NCBI GenBank assembly: GCA_040903985.1
Contig: JBBDUI010000002.1
Coordinates: 198,038-262,037 of the forward strand
Direction: 5' to 3'
From: Candidatus Saccharimonadales bacterium
Lineage (GTDB): Bacteria; Patescibacteriota; Saccharimonadia; QS-5-54-17
Length of the DNA stretch: 64,000 nucleotides
Part shown: piece by piece, positions 1 through 9,610 of the stretch
How the letters are laid out: every line of letters starts with the position of its first letter
How positions within the stretch are numbered: position 1 is the stretch's first letter
The notes under the pieces: model-generated
The model's database searches: none
Told to the model about the DNA's origin: nothing
What the model saw: the letters and a program-made list of their open reading frames with translations, nothing else
Program-made: the position numbers and the translations under genes

Positions 1-821
1 ACTAATCCAGCTCCGAGCAGACCGAGTTTCTCCGCTACCACGGCAAAGATAAAGTCGGTATGCTGGGAGGGCAGAAAGTTTAACGTACTCTGTGTCCCCC
101 CACCTAAACCCCGACCAAACAGTTGGCCACTACCGACGGCTATAATAGCCTGATTAACATTGTAGCCCTGGCCTTGAGGGTCGGCCGCCGGGTTAAAGAA
201 CGTCTCCAGCCGAGCCTGCTGATAGGGCTCCAGTAGCTGAGTCGCGAGTGGCAGCACAGCTAGAGCAACGCCGACAAATAGAACTAAGAAGAGCCGCCGG
301 GTACCACTCATCATCGCCATCAAGAACCAGATAGCCGCCATTACCATCACCGAACCGAGATCGGGCTGCAGCATGATCAGTGCCGCCACCGCTCCTAAGA
401 TTAACAGCGAGCCGACGAAATAACGGATCTTTATGAGATCACGTCGGTTATAGGCAAAATAGCGGGCCAGCATAACTATCAAGCCGAGTTTAGCAATCTC
501 GGTCGGCTGGAACTCAAAAAACCCGACCTCGATCGAGCGAATCGAGCCTGACACCGTCTCCCCGATAAGCAGAACGATAGCGAGTAGGGCCAGTCCGACC
601 CCGTACCAAGCTGGAGCAATCCGCATTAATAAGCGGTAATCGATCCGAGCAGCTACCACAAGACCGATTAAGCCAATCATAGCCGCTACCAACTGTACGG
701 TCGGATTAAAGCCCTGTAGTAAGCTCGGATCACGCACGTTAATGGCATGTAAAACTACGAGACCGATTACAGTTAAGAGCAGCACACTGGCTAGTAAGAT
801 GAGGTCGAATTTCTTCAGCAT
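1..821 (-). CDS. rodA: Rod shape-determining protein RodA (SEDS family); 3' end runs off the window
   Basis: Manual translation gives MLKKFDLILL...FQPTEIAK...QPDLG...GYNVNQAIIAVGSG...FLPSQHTDFIF, which are FtsW/RodA motifs. Confidence 0.85.
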   Translation of the reverse strand, partial: MLKKFDLILLASVLLLTVIGLVVLHAINVRDPSLLQGFNPTVQLVAAMIGLIGLVVAARIDYRLLMRIAPAWYGVGLALLAIVLLIGETVSGSIRSIEVGFFEFQPTEIAKLGLIVMLARYFAYNRRDLIKIRYFVGSLLILGAVAALIMLQPDLGSVMVMAAIWFLMAMMSGTRRLFLVLFVGVALAVLPLATQLLEPYQQARLETFFNPAADPQGQGYNVNQAIIAVGSGQLFGRGLGGGTQSTLNFLPSQHTDFIFAVVAEKLGLLGAGL

Positions 822-851
822 AGCTTAAGTATAAAGGTCTTAACTGAAAGT

Positions 852-882
852 TGTTAGGTTAAATCTGGCTAATTTAACCTAA
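852..882. terminator. Hairpin after ileS
   Basis: Inverted repeat gttaggttaaat...atttaacctaac just past the ileS stop. Confidence 0.5.
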
Positions 883-900
883 CCAGTCGAACCCACCACT

Positions 901-3795
901 CTACCTCTGCTCGAGCCGTACTTCTAACTCCCTATCCTCAACCTTAACCAGGGTGATATCGCCGCTAATATCGGCTGTCACTAACTCCTCAGCTAAAGTT
1001 TCGGCCTTTATCGTAGCGGTGTGCTCTTCGATGGCTCGGGCAAGTTCTGTATCGGCACTAACCAGCCAAAGTTTAATCCGATCATCTACATTAAACCCGG
1101 AAGTTTTACGCAGTTGCTGCACGTGGCGCACCACCTCCCGCATCATTCCTTCCCGTCTTAGCTCCGGTGTAAGCTTAGTATCTATTCGCACTACTAACTG
1201 CTCACCACCGGTAGTCAAGGTGTGGGCTTTAACGTTCAGCTCATCGTAGAGAATCGCCAAATAGTCGCTCACATCTTCATTTTGGGTCAGCCCCACCGGA
1301 GCCCCACTTATCTCCACCCTCGCCAACGGCTGCCGCACTTTAAGCCCAGCATTAGCCCGTTGGGCCAGTCCCTCCTTTACTACCTCGCGCAGTAGATTCA
1401 TTCGCTCTAGAGTCGACTCATCTACCTTACCGACCACTGGCCAGTCCAGCAGGTGCACGCTCTCTCCTCCAGTCAACTTACGGTATAGTTCTTCGGCTAG
1501 AAACGGCGTAAAGGGGGCCATTATCAGACTTAGCTGAGTTAAGCTGTAGTGCAGGGTCCGATAGGCCGCCGCCTTATCCCCGTCATCTTCACTCTTCCAA
1601 AAGCGCTTGCGAGAACGACGTACATACCAGTTACTCATATCCTCAATTAGTTCCAACAGCGGCTTCACCGCATTCGGCAGATCATACTCGTCCATTCGGG
1701 CGTCTACCGTCTGTATGGTGGCGTGAACCCGACTTAATATCCAGCCATCTAACGGATGAGCTACTGCGGCCGATGGATCGTCTAAGCTGCCATCCCACTC
1801 CCAGCCATCGACTTCAGCATACATCGTGAAGAAGTCATACATATTCCAGATCATATTCAACTTACGCTGTACATCGCCCACATCTTTCTCGATCAGGGCA
1901 AAGTCCTCCCCTGCTAGAACTGGAGATGAGAGCAGTAGGAGACGCAAAGCATCGGCACTAAACTGGTCCATCAAATCGTTGGGGTCGGTAAAGTTGTTAA
2001 AACTTTTACTCATCTTACGTCCATCGTTACCAGCCAAGGTACCGGTCACGATGACGTTACTGAAGGCTTTTTCATCAAATAGACCAACCGAAACGGCATG
2101 CAGATAGTAGAACCAGGCCCGAACTTGGCCGACATACTCGGCGATGAAATCGCCCGGGAAACTGTCCTCAAACTTCTGCTTGTTCTCAAACGGATAGTGA
2201 AACTGCGCAAACGGCATCGAGCCGGATTCAAACCAGCAGTCGAGCACCTTATCGATCCGCTTATACTCTACGCCGTCTAGCTCAAACGTCACTGCATCGA
2301 CCCAAGGCCGGTGATAATCCTCCAACTCTACTCCGCTCAGCTCCTTTAACTCCGCATAGCTACCGACCACCTTAACCTGTTCTTGACCATCAGCGTTAAT
2401 ACCTTTCCAGACCGGCATTGCCGTTGCCCAGAAGCGATCACGGGAAATGTTCCAGTCCGGTGCGCTCTCTACGGTCTTAGTGAAACGACCGTGTTTGATA
2501 TGAGCGGGAAACCAGTTGATGTCCTCGTTCTGCTCCAGCATCCGCTGGCGCTGACCATCGATATCAATGAACCAGCTAGGATGAGCTCGATACATTAGCT
2601 TAGTACCACAGCGATGACAGTGGGGGTAGGAGTGACGGATATAATCTATCTTCCATACTATACCGCGCTCATGAAGTTCACGAGCGATCGACTTATTGGC
2701 CTCCCAGACCTGCTGACCCTCCCATTCACCATTCATATAGAAACCGTTCTCATCGATGTTTGAGACCAGCGGGAAACCTTCCGTTTGGGCTAATTCAAAG
2801 TCTTCTTCACCGTAGGCGGGCGCTAAATGCACGATACCCGTACCGTCTTCGGTACCGACATAATCGGCGTGCCAAATTTGCTGGGCTCGCTCCCCTCTAT
2901 CCTCAAACAGCGGCTCGTAGTGACTACCCACCAACTCGCTACCCTTAAAGGTAGCGACTTTCTGATACGCTAACGTCTCGTGTTTTTCATTTGTCAGCAC
3001 CTTATCCACTAAATCGCTCGCCAGTATCAAATGCTGGCCATCGACCTCAACTTCCGTGTACTCGACGTCCCGGTGCACAGCTACGGCCGTGTTAGCCGGC
3101 AGTGTCCAAGGAGTGGTAGTCCAGGCCAGTAAATAAGCCTCCCGATCGGTTAGCTTAAATTTAACGTATACACTGGGATCGGTTACCTCTTGATAGGAGT
3201 TATCCATTGCGACTTCGGCTTTAGATATCGGTGTCGCGTCCCGCGTACAGTAGAGCAGCACCCGTTCACCCTCATAGATCTTGCCTTTATCGTGCAGGGT
3301 CTTAAAGGCCCACCAGACCGACTCCATATAGTCTCGATCCATCGTCTTGTACGCGCCACGGAAGTCGACCCAACGACCGATCCGCTCAATCGTCGACTCC
3401 CACAAGTCTCCGGTCGCTACCATATTATCCCTACAGGTCACGATATACTCTTCTAAAGATATCTTGGTCCCGATATCCCGCTTATCGACAATGCCCAGTT
3501 TTTGCTCGGTAAAGACTTCCGCCGGTAAACCGTGACAGTCCCAGCCCCATTTACGCTCTACCCGCCGGCCTTTCATCGTCTGATAGCGTGGCACGGCGTC
3601 TTTAACGATCGAGCTCAGTAGAGTCCCGTGGTGTGGCACGCCGGTAATAAACGGCGGTCCGTCATAGAAAACATAGGCATCTTCCTTTGGTCGTTGAGCG
3701 ACAGACTTCGCAAATATATTAGCCTCCCGCCAGTAGGCGACAAGGTCACGTTCGTACTCGACTGCTGGACGTCGGCTGCCCGATTGAAACTGCAT
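901..3795 (-). CDS. ileS: Isoleucine--tRNA ligase (type 2 IleRS)
   Basis: FYDGPPF, GWDCHGLP, WTTTPWTLP, DWNISR, WFESGSMP and KMSKS motifs. The RBS AAAGGAG favours the ATG at 3795. Confidence 0.97.
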   Translation of the reverse strand: MQFQSGSRRPAVEYERDLVAYWREANIFAKSVAQRPKEDAYVFYDGPPFITGVPHHGTLLSSIVKDAVPRYQTMKGRRVERKWGWDCHGLPAEVFTEQKLGIVDKRDIGTKISLEEYIVTCRDNMVATGDLWESTIERIGRWVDFRGAYKTMDRDYMESVWWAFKTLHDKGKIYEGERVLLYCTRDATPISKAEVAMDNSYQEVTDPSVYVKFKLTDREAYLLAWTTTPWTLPANTAVAVHRDVEYTEVEVDGQHLILASDLVDKVLTNEKHETLAYQKVATFKGSELVGSHYEPLFEDRGERAQQIWHADYVGTEDGTGIVHLAPAYGEEDFELAQTEGFPLVSNIDENGFYMNGEWEGQQVWEANKSIARELHERGIVWKIDYIRHSYPHCHRCGTKLMYRAHPSWFIDIDGQRQRMLEQNEDINWFPAHIKHGRFTKTVESAPDWNISRDRFWATAMPVWKGINADGQEQVKVVGSYAELKELSGVELEDYHRPWVDAVTFELDGVEYKRIDKVLDCWFESGSMPFAQFHYPFENKQKFEDSFPGDFIAEYVGQVRAWFYYLHAVSVGLFDEKAFSNVIVTGTLAGNDGRKMSKSFNNFTDPNDLMDQFSADALRLLLLSSPVLAGEDFALIEKDVGDVQRKLNMIWNMYDFFTMYAEVDGWEWDGSLDDPSAAVAHPLDGWILSRVHATIQTVDARMDEYDLPNAVKPLLELIEDMSNWYVRRSRKRFWKSEDDGDKAAAYRTLHYSLTQLSLIMAPFTPFLAEELYRKLTGGESVHLLDWPVVGKVDESTLERMNLLREVVKEGLAQRANAGLKVRQPLARVEISGAPVGLTQNEDVSDYLAILYDELNVKAHTLTTGGEQLVVRIDTKLTPELRREGMMREVVRHVQQLRKTSGFNVDDRIKLWLVSADTELARAIEEHTATIKAETLAEELVTADISGDITLVKVEDRELEVRLEQR

Positions 3796-3811
3796 TAACA
3801 TCTCCTTTATA

Positions 3812-4035
3812 AAATAAGAAAGCCCACAACAAATATGGTTGCAGGACCCCCCGCCATTGGCGGAGGAGGTACCATCCTTGCTGAGGACTTAATTTAGGTG
3901 CGGTCTCACGGGCCACGCCGTCGAGGTCTACTCGCCCCGCACCTGAAGCTTGTAACACGGCTTCAGGTGCGGGGCTTTCTGCTCGCTCCCTTCCCCCGCC
4001 CGGGCGGTAGGACACGCGGTTGATAGCCGCTTGAT
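3812..4035 (-). promoter_or_regulatory. T-box riboswitch (ileS type, ultrashort stem I, AUC specifier)
   Basis: Minus strand: GCGGCUAUCAACCGC stem I, AGAA/AGUA-type stem II, ACGGCGUGGCCCGU stem IIA, CAAGGAUGGUACC T-box, then a hairpin with a U-rich tail. Confidence 0.8.
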
Positions 4036-4066
4036 AGGGATTTACTCATGTAAACGTTCACTCTCT

Positions 4067-4095
4067 ATTGTAGGTAAGACTCGCCCCTAATGCAA
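4067..4095 (-). promoter_or_regulatory. Sigma70-type promoter of the ileS leader
   Basis: TTGCAT-17 bp-TACAAT on the minus strand. Confidence 0.6.
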
Positions 4096-4110
4096 CGGAT
4101 TTGCCCTGCG

Positions 4111-4380
4111 CTAAACACTACTCCAGGCGTAGTACTCTACCTCCGAAACGGTCGGTAAGGTCGCCGACCAAGTCTGCAGCGCTTGACCATCACTGGTTTT
4201 AACCGCTAGGACGGCCGGATAAGCGGTGATGCCATAACTCTGCACCTTAGCCGCTCCATCCCGGCTATCAACGTCAACTAGGTCGTGCTCGATACGCCGT
4301 TTCTCCAGCTCGCGAGTAAACTCCTCAACCGCCCGGCTATGCTCAGAACTGGGTCGGTACAGAATATAAATCATACCCAT
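4111..4380 (-). CDS. Small thioredoxin/glutaredoxin-like fold protein lacking CxxC
   Basis: 89 aa; the pattern VDVDSRDG...YGITAYPAVLAV resembles the Trx fold cis-Pro region. Confidence 0.55.
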   Translation of the reverse strand: MGMIYILYRPSSEHSRAVEEFTRELEKRRIEHDLVDVDSRDGAAKVQSYGITAYPAVLAVKTSDGQALQTWSATLPTVSEVEYYAWSSV

Positions 4381-4587
4381 ATCTTATTACCTTAAGCACA
4401 AACCGTAAAGCTTCCCCACCTAAACTACCTTAAAATTTGTAGCAAATTTTTTAACGATCGCAAACAAATTTATTACAAAAATTAGTCCATTAGTTGTAAC
4501 TTCCGTCGTTGTTAACTCCGTATCTGCTACCGATAAATCGGTCTAAGATCTCATTAAAATAAAACCAGAGAGTAATCCTGAGAAAGT

Positions 4588-4614
4588 AACTGCACCCCGT
4601 TACGGGGTGCAGTT
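4588..4614. terminator. Hairpin after nrdJ
   Basis: aactgcaccccgt-t-acggggtgcagtt. Confidence 0.55.
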
Positions 4615-4640
4615 GGGCTCACCTAGCTAGTGTAGTAGGT

Positions 4641-7478
4641 CTAGCTGCAGCCGGTAGTGGTACCGCAAGCGGTACAGACGTGACAGCTGCCAGAACGAAC
4701 TGTGACGTTACCACAGTTGTAACACAGCGGTGCATCGTTGGTCGCACCTTTAACCTGAACCGGATTTGCCTGCGTGCGGCTGCTCTCTTGAGCGATCGGG
4801 TTACCGGCCGGTGTACCGGCGCCATAAGCTCCTTCGCTAACACTGGGGGATTCCGGCGCGACCACTGGCACTTCATCGGCCGGCTCGTCCACAGCTAGAG
4901 TAGTTTGAGCCTCCACTTCGGCCGCTTCGACGTTAAAGCCCAGCTCCTTACGGTCTTCCCAGGGTAGGTACTCGAGCCCTAGGCGACGGAAGATGTAGTC
5001 CATCACTGAGCTAGCCATCGGTACTTCTGGGTCATCCGTCATGCCGCTCGGTGCAAAGCTCATACTCATATACTTACGCACATAGAACTTCAGTGGCACA
5101 CCATACTGTAAGCCGTTACTGATCGAGATAGCGAAAGCATCCATCAGTCCGCTCATGGTCGAGCCTTGCTTAGCCATGCTAATGAACAGCTCTCCAACTT
5201 TACCATCCTCATACTCACCAACCGTGAAGAAGCCTTTGGAGCCACCGACACTAAACTCAAAAGTACGAGCCGCTCGTGAACGAGGTAGTTTACGGCGGAC
5301 CGGAGTTTTTACTACGAACCCTTCACTACTCTTCTCGTTCTTCTCAGCCTCTGCGGCCGGAGTAGTCGCACTCGGTCCATTCGCCGGCTTCTCCTCTTTC
5401 TTAGCCATCGAAAGCGGCTGAGCTACCTTACAGTTATCCCGGTAGATCGCTACCGCCTTGAGGCCGAGCTTCCAAGAGAGCATGTGCATCTCAGCTACAT
5501 CCTCCACACTGGCCTCTTCTGGCATATTAACCGTCTTCGAGATGGCTCCGCTGATAAACGGCTGAACCGCCCCCATCATCCGAATGTGACCCTCGTAGTG
5601 GATAGTGTTGTCCCCCATTGAGCAGGCAAATACCGGTAGGTGCTCCGGTCGAATATGCGGCGCGCCGATAATCGACTTGTTCTCATCGATGTAGGCGATA
5701 ATATCCTCGACCTGAGTCGGATTGAAACCGAGATTTTTCAGGGCGCGCGGTACCGTCTGATTGACGATACTCATCGTTCCACCACCAACTAACTTCTTCA
5801 GCTTAACCAGACCTAGATCTGGCTCAACTCCGGTAGTATCACAGTCCATCATGAAACCGATCGTACCGGTCGGGGCCAGTACTGTAGCCTGGGAGTTACG
5901 CACGCCGTGTAGTTTACCCTGCTCGACCGCTTCATCCCAGACAGCCTGAGCACTACTGTGTAGCTCTTCCGGTACGAGGCTAGGGTTAATCTTCATCACC
6001 TCTTCCCGGTGCTGCTGCAACACCTTCAGCATCGGCTCACGGTTCTTCTCATAGCCGGCGAATGGACCGACCCGACGAGCTAACCGTGCGCTGGTTGCAT
6101 AGGCGTGACCGGTCATAATACCGGTTAACGTAGCGGCCCAAGCACGACCTTCCTCAGAATCGTATGGTAGACCGAGTGCCATCAGTAGGGCACCGAGGTT
6201 AGCATAGCCTAAGCCCAGCTGGCGGAAGTCGTAAGCGGTCTGGGCGATACTATCGGTCGGATAGCTAGAGTAGCCAACTAGGATTTCCTGAGCAGTAAAG
6301 AGGATTTCGATCGCTTGCTTATAGCTAGCGACATCGAAAGCTTCGCCCTCCGGCTGGAACTTCAAGAGGTTAAGGCTGGCTAAGTTACAGGCCGAGTTAT
6401 CAAGGTGCATGTACTCACTACATGGGTTAGAGCCGTTAATACGGCCGGTGTTACTGGCAGTATGCCAGTGGTTAATAGTGGTATCGAACTGCAGCCCTGG
6501 GTCGGCACATTCCCATGCCGCTTGAGCGGTCGACTGCCAGAGTTCCCGAGCTTTAACCGTCTTAACCGTCTGACCGTCTTTGACAGCTTTCAGTTCCCAG
6601 TCGCCGTCTGCTTCCACAGCACGCATGAAGTCATCAGAAACGCGCACCGAGTTGTTGGCGTTCTGATACTGAATCGATACGGTATCACGACCGTCAAAGT
6701 CGACGTCGAAACCGGCCTCTCGCAACGCCCGAATCTTGTCTTCCTCACGAGCTTTTAGGGTGATGAACTCTTCTACATCCGGGTGGTCGACGTTCAGTAT
6801 CACCATCTTGGCGGCACGGCGAGTCTTACCGCCTGATTTAATCGTACCGGCAATCGAGTCGGCCCCACGCATGAAACTGACCGGACCGGAGGCCTTACCA
6901 CCACTGGAGCTCAGACCTTCTTCACTGGAGCGAATCGAGCTGATATTAATCCCGGCGCCCGAACCACCCTTAAAGATCATGCCCTCTTCGGTATACCAGT
7001 TCAGAATCGACTCCATCGTATCCTCGACAGCGAGGATAAAGCAGGCGCTGGCCTGCTGTGAGCGATTCTTCACTCCGATATTAAACCAAACCGGTGAGTT
7101 AAAAGCCGCTTTCTGATGAACTAACAGGTGCTTTAGCTCATGGTTGAAGACCTCAGACTCCTCCTCGTCGGTAAAGTAGTGCTTCTCTAGGCCGTGCGTA
7201 GTTATGGTGTCAGCCACCCGGTCGATCAGCTGTCGCAAGGAGTTTTCTCGGTCGCTCTCGCCTGGTGTACCGGAAAAATATTTCTGTGCCACGATGTTAG
7301 TGGCGTTCTGACTCCAACTGACGGGAAATTCAACGTCTTTCTGTTCGAAAGCCACCTTGCCATCGATGTAACTCGTAATCCGAGCGTCACGGCGGTCCCA
7401 CTCCACCTCCGTATAAGGGTGTACGCCCTTAGTTGTAAAATGTCGTTTGAGCCCGAGCCCAGTGTCGATAGAGTCCAT
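4641..7478 (-). CDS. nrdJ: Vitamin B12-dependent (class II) ribonucleotide reductase with C-terminal TSCPD-like and Zn-ribbon regions
   Basis: FNSPVWFN, SACFI, NPCSE, APTGTI, GAISKTVN and terminal CxxC...CxxCGTTTGCS. RBS AAGGAGG precedes the ATG at 7478. Confidence 0.93.
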   Translation of the reverse strand: MDSIDTGLGLKRHFTTKGVHPYTEVEWDRRDARITSYIDGKVAFEQKDVEFPVSWSQNATNIVAQKYFSGTPGESDRENSLRQLIDRVADTITTHGLEKHYFTDEEESEVFNHELKHLLVHQKAAFNSPVWFNIGVKNRSQQASACFILAVEDTMESILNWYTEEGMIFKGGSGAGINISSIRSSEEGLSSSGGKASGPVSFMRGADSIAGTIKSGGKTRRAAKMVILNVDHPDVEEFITLKAREEDKIRALREAGFDVDFDGRDTVSIQYQNANNSVRVSDDFMRAVEADGDWELKAVKDGQTVKTVKARELWQSTAQAAWECADPGLQFDTTINHWHTASNTGRINGSNPCSEYMHLDNSACNLASLNLLKFQPEGEAFDVASYKQAIEILFTAQEILVGYSSYPTDSIAQTAYDFRQLGLGYANLGALLMALGLPYDSEEGRAWAATLTGIMTGHAYATSARLARRVGPFAGYEKNREPMLKVLQQHREEVMKINPSLVPEELHSSAQAVWDEAVEQGKLHGVRNSQATVLAPTGTIGFMMDCDTTGVEPDLGLVKLKKLVGGGTMSIVNQTVPRALKNLGFNPTQVEDIIAYIDENKSIIGAPHIRPEHLPVFACSMGDNTIHYEGHIRMMGAVQPFISGAISKTVNMPEEASVEDVAEMHMLSWKLGLKAVAIYRDNCKVAQPLSMAKKEEKPANGPSATTPAAEAEKNEKSSEGFVVKTPVRRKLPRSRAARTFEFSVGGSKGFFTVGEYEDGKVGELFISMAKQGSTMSGLMDAFAISISNGLQYGVPLKFYVRKYMSMSFAPSGMTDDPEVPMASSVMDYIFRRLGLEYLPWEDRKELGFNVEAAEVEAQTTLAVDEPADEVPVVAPESPSVSEGAYGAGTPAGNPIAQESSRTQANPVQVKGATNDAPLCYNCGNVTVRSGSCHVCTACGTTTGCS

Positions 7479-7568
7479 CGATCCCTCCTTTGTTGTTTTT
7501 ATTAGATAACTCTTCACCTCACTCCGCTAACCATTTGCATAAACGGAGTAAGTCAAAGGGTCAGCCCT

Positions 7569-8033
7569 TTAGTAGGTCCTAGAACCCCCCTTCAGCCGCC
7601 GCAGCTCCTCCTCAAAACTAGCTATATCGGCAAAACTACGGTAAACACTAGCGAAACGAACATAGGCCACCTGATCCAGCTCCATTAGCCGCTCCATCAC
7701 CATCTCTCCAACCAAGGTCGAAGCTACTTCGGTTTCGCCACCCTCGTGAATAGCCCGTTCGACATTATCCACCAGCTCTTCCAGTTGCTGCGGGCTGACC
7801 GGCCGTTTCTGAATCGCCTTATTTAGACCTGAGAGCAATTTCGTGCGGTCAAACAGCTGCGAAGTACCGTCTTTCTTCACCACCATTAGATAAGGTACCT
7901 CGACTCGTTCATAGGTAGTAAAGCGGTGATCGCACTTTAAACACTGGCGGCGGCGGCGAATCGATGAACCATCGCCAATATCGCGGGACTCTACTACCTT
8001 GGAATCGAGATGAGCACACTTGACACATTTCAT
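7569..8033 (-). CDS. nrdR: Transcriptional repressor NrdR
   Basis: N-terminal CxxC, IRRRRQC..C..RFTTYE, ATP cone and VAYVRFASVY; adjacent to nrdJ. Confidence 0.96.
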   Translation of the reverse strand: MKCVKCAHLDSKVVESRDIGDGSSIRRRRQCLKCDHRFTTYERVEVPYLMVVKKDGTSQLFDRTKLLSGLNKAIQKRPVSPQQLEELVDNVERAIHEGGETEVASTLVGEMVMERLMELDQVAYVRFASVYRSFADIASFEEELRRLKGGSRTY

Positions 8034-8046
8034 AACGTTGTCTATT

Positions 8047-8104
8047 TTCCTACATTTAGCGTATGTTCCTGACAGTATAGCACTAGGTATAGTGTCTGTG
8101 TCAA
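8047..8104 (-). promoter_or_regulatory. nrdR-nrdJ promoter with two tandem NrdR boxes
   Basis: Boxes gcaCTAggTaTAGtgt (8080-8095) and ttcCTAcATtTAGcgt (8047-8062), 33 bp apart. TTGACA (8099-8104) and TATACT (8074-8079) lie on the minus strand. Confidence 0.7.
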
Positions 8105-8240
8105 ATCAAGCTGTCTGGGGTGGGAGAAAATTAATTCTCAAATTTGGCAAGATTAGCTATGATTCCCGGGCGCAGTTGAGCTACTAAAAACCGGTCGCGC
8201 TGGTGTCCGACCGGTTTAAGGGAAAAGCTTATTTATAGGA

Positions 8241-9452
8241 CTACTTAGCTTTGTCGTCCTTATCGTCCTTGCGCTTTTTCTTCCGGTTACGTACGAAGGC
8301 CGGAACGTCGAAATCATCGTCCTCTTCCGAGAAAGACCAGACATCCGCCGCGGGTGTATCAGGCGTTGACGTAGACTCGTTCTCCTCGTCGTCCTCATCA
8401 TCCAGGCTGATATCGGCACTAGCGATATCAGCGTCACTAACGATACCTTCGTTTGGCTTATTAAAGTAGGCCAGTCCACTGACGTCGCGTGATTCAGGCG
8501 GAGTGTCGAAGCCAGTAGCGATCACGGTAATGCGCAGTTCACCATCCAGTGCCTCATCAATAGTGGCTCCAAAGATGATGTTGGCGTCTGGGTCGACAGC
8601 GGCGGTGATAGTTTCAGCTGCTTCGTTAATCTCATGCATTGCCATATCGCGGCCACCAGTGACATTGAAGAGCACACCACGAGCCCCGTCGATTGACACC
8701 TCAAGTAGTGGTGACTCGATAGCTTCGCGAGCCGCGACAGTTGCTCTATCCTCCCCGCTAGCCCGCCCGATACCCATTAGCGCCGAGCCGGCATTACTCA
8801 TGATTGCCTTCACATCAGCAAAATCGAGGTTAATCAATCCGTGAACGGTAATAAGATCGGAGATTCCCTGTACTCCCTGCCGCAAAACATCATCGACGAC
8901 GGAAAAGGCATCCAGTAGTGGTGTCTTGCGATCGATCGTCTGTAGTAAGCGATCGTTGGGGATCGTAATCAAGGTATCGACATGTTTACGCAAGCGCTCG
9001 ATGGCCCCATCGGCATTGGCTCGCCGCTTCTCACCCTCAAAAGCAAACGGACGAGTGGCGAAACCGACGGTGAGAATACCCATCTCACGAGCTACTTCGG
9101 CCACGATCGGCCCGGCACCACTCCCAGTCCCACCACCCATGCAGGTCATGACAAACACCATGTCTGCCCCCTGTAAGGCGGCCTGTATCTCTTCTTTCGA
9201 TTCCTGAGCGGCACTTAGACCGACTTCTGGGTCGGCGCCAGCTCCGAGACCACGAGTAGTGGATTTACCGATATGCAGCTTAGTCACAGCCTGTGAATTA
9301 TCCAGCGCCTGAGCGTCGGTGTTAACCGCCACAAACTCGACATTATCTACTCCCGAGGCAATCATCCGGTTTAAAGCCGAACCGCCACCTCCGCCGATAC
9401 CCATTACCTTAATCCGGGCAAAAGTCTCTACATTTGGTACTACTTCTGGCAT
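8241..9452 (-). CDS. ftsZ: Cell division protein FtsZ
   Basis: GGGTGSG tubulin motif, [15 protein letters not shown] and C-terminal FDVPAFVR. Confidence 0.98.
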   Translation of the reverse strand: MPEVVPNVETFARIKVMGIGGGGGSALNRMIASGVDNVEFVAVNTDAQALDNSQAVTKLHIGKSTTRGLGAGADPEVGLSAAQESKEEIQAALQGADMVFVMTCMGGGTGSGAGPIVAEVAREMGILTVGFATRPFAFEGEKRRANADGAIERLRKHVDTLITIPNDRLLQTIDRKTPLLDAFSVVDDVLRQGVQGISDLITVHGLINLDFADVKAIMSNAGSALMGIGRASGEDRATVAAREAIESPLLEVSIDGARGVLFNVTGGRDMAMHEINEAAETITAAVDPDANIIFGATIDEALDGELRITVIATGFDTPPESRDVSGLAYFNKPNEGIVSDADIASADISLDDEDDEENESTSTPDTPAADVWSFSEEDDDFDVPAFVRNRKKKRKDDKDDKAK

Positions 9453-9610
9453 ACAATTCCCTCACTTCAGATTTGCAGTCTAGTATAGCTTAATTAATGC
9501 CTAGCCACAAACATTTTGTTCAAGGTTAAAACAGTTTAGTAATTCTTGTACCCGCCCGTATAGAGCCTAAATCGATAGTAATAAAATGTGTTCAATAGTA
9601 AAGTTTATCT

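Noticed and set aside
3746-4015. 89-aa ORF upstream of ileS
   Set aside because: It coincides with the T-box leader and has no protein-like features.
4641-7478. Intein in NrdJ (also checked by eye in GyrA/GyrB)
   Set aside because: Lengths and motifs are continuous, with no C...HN intein boundaries.
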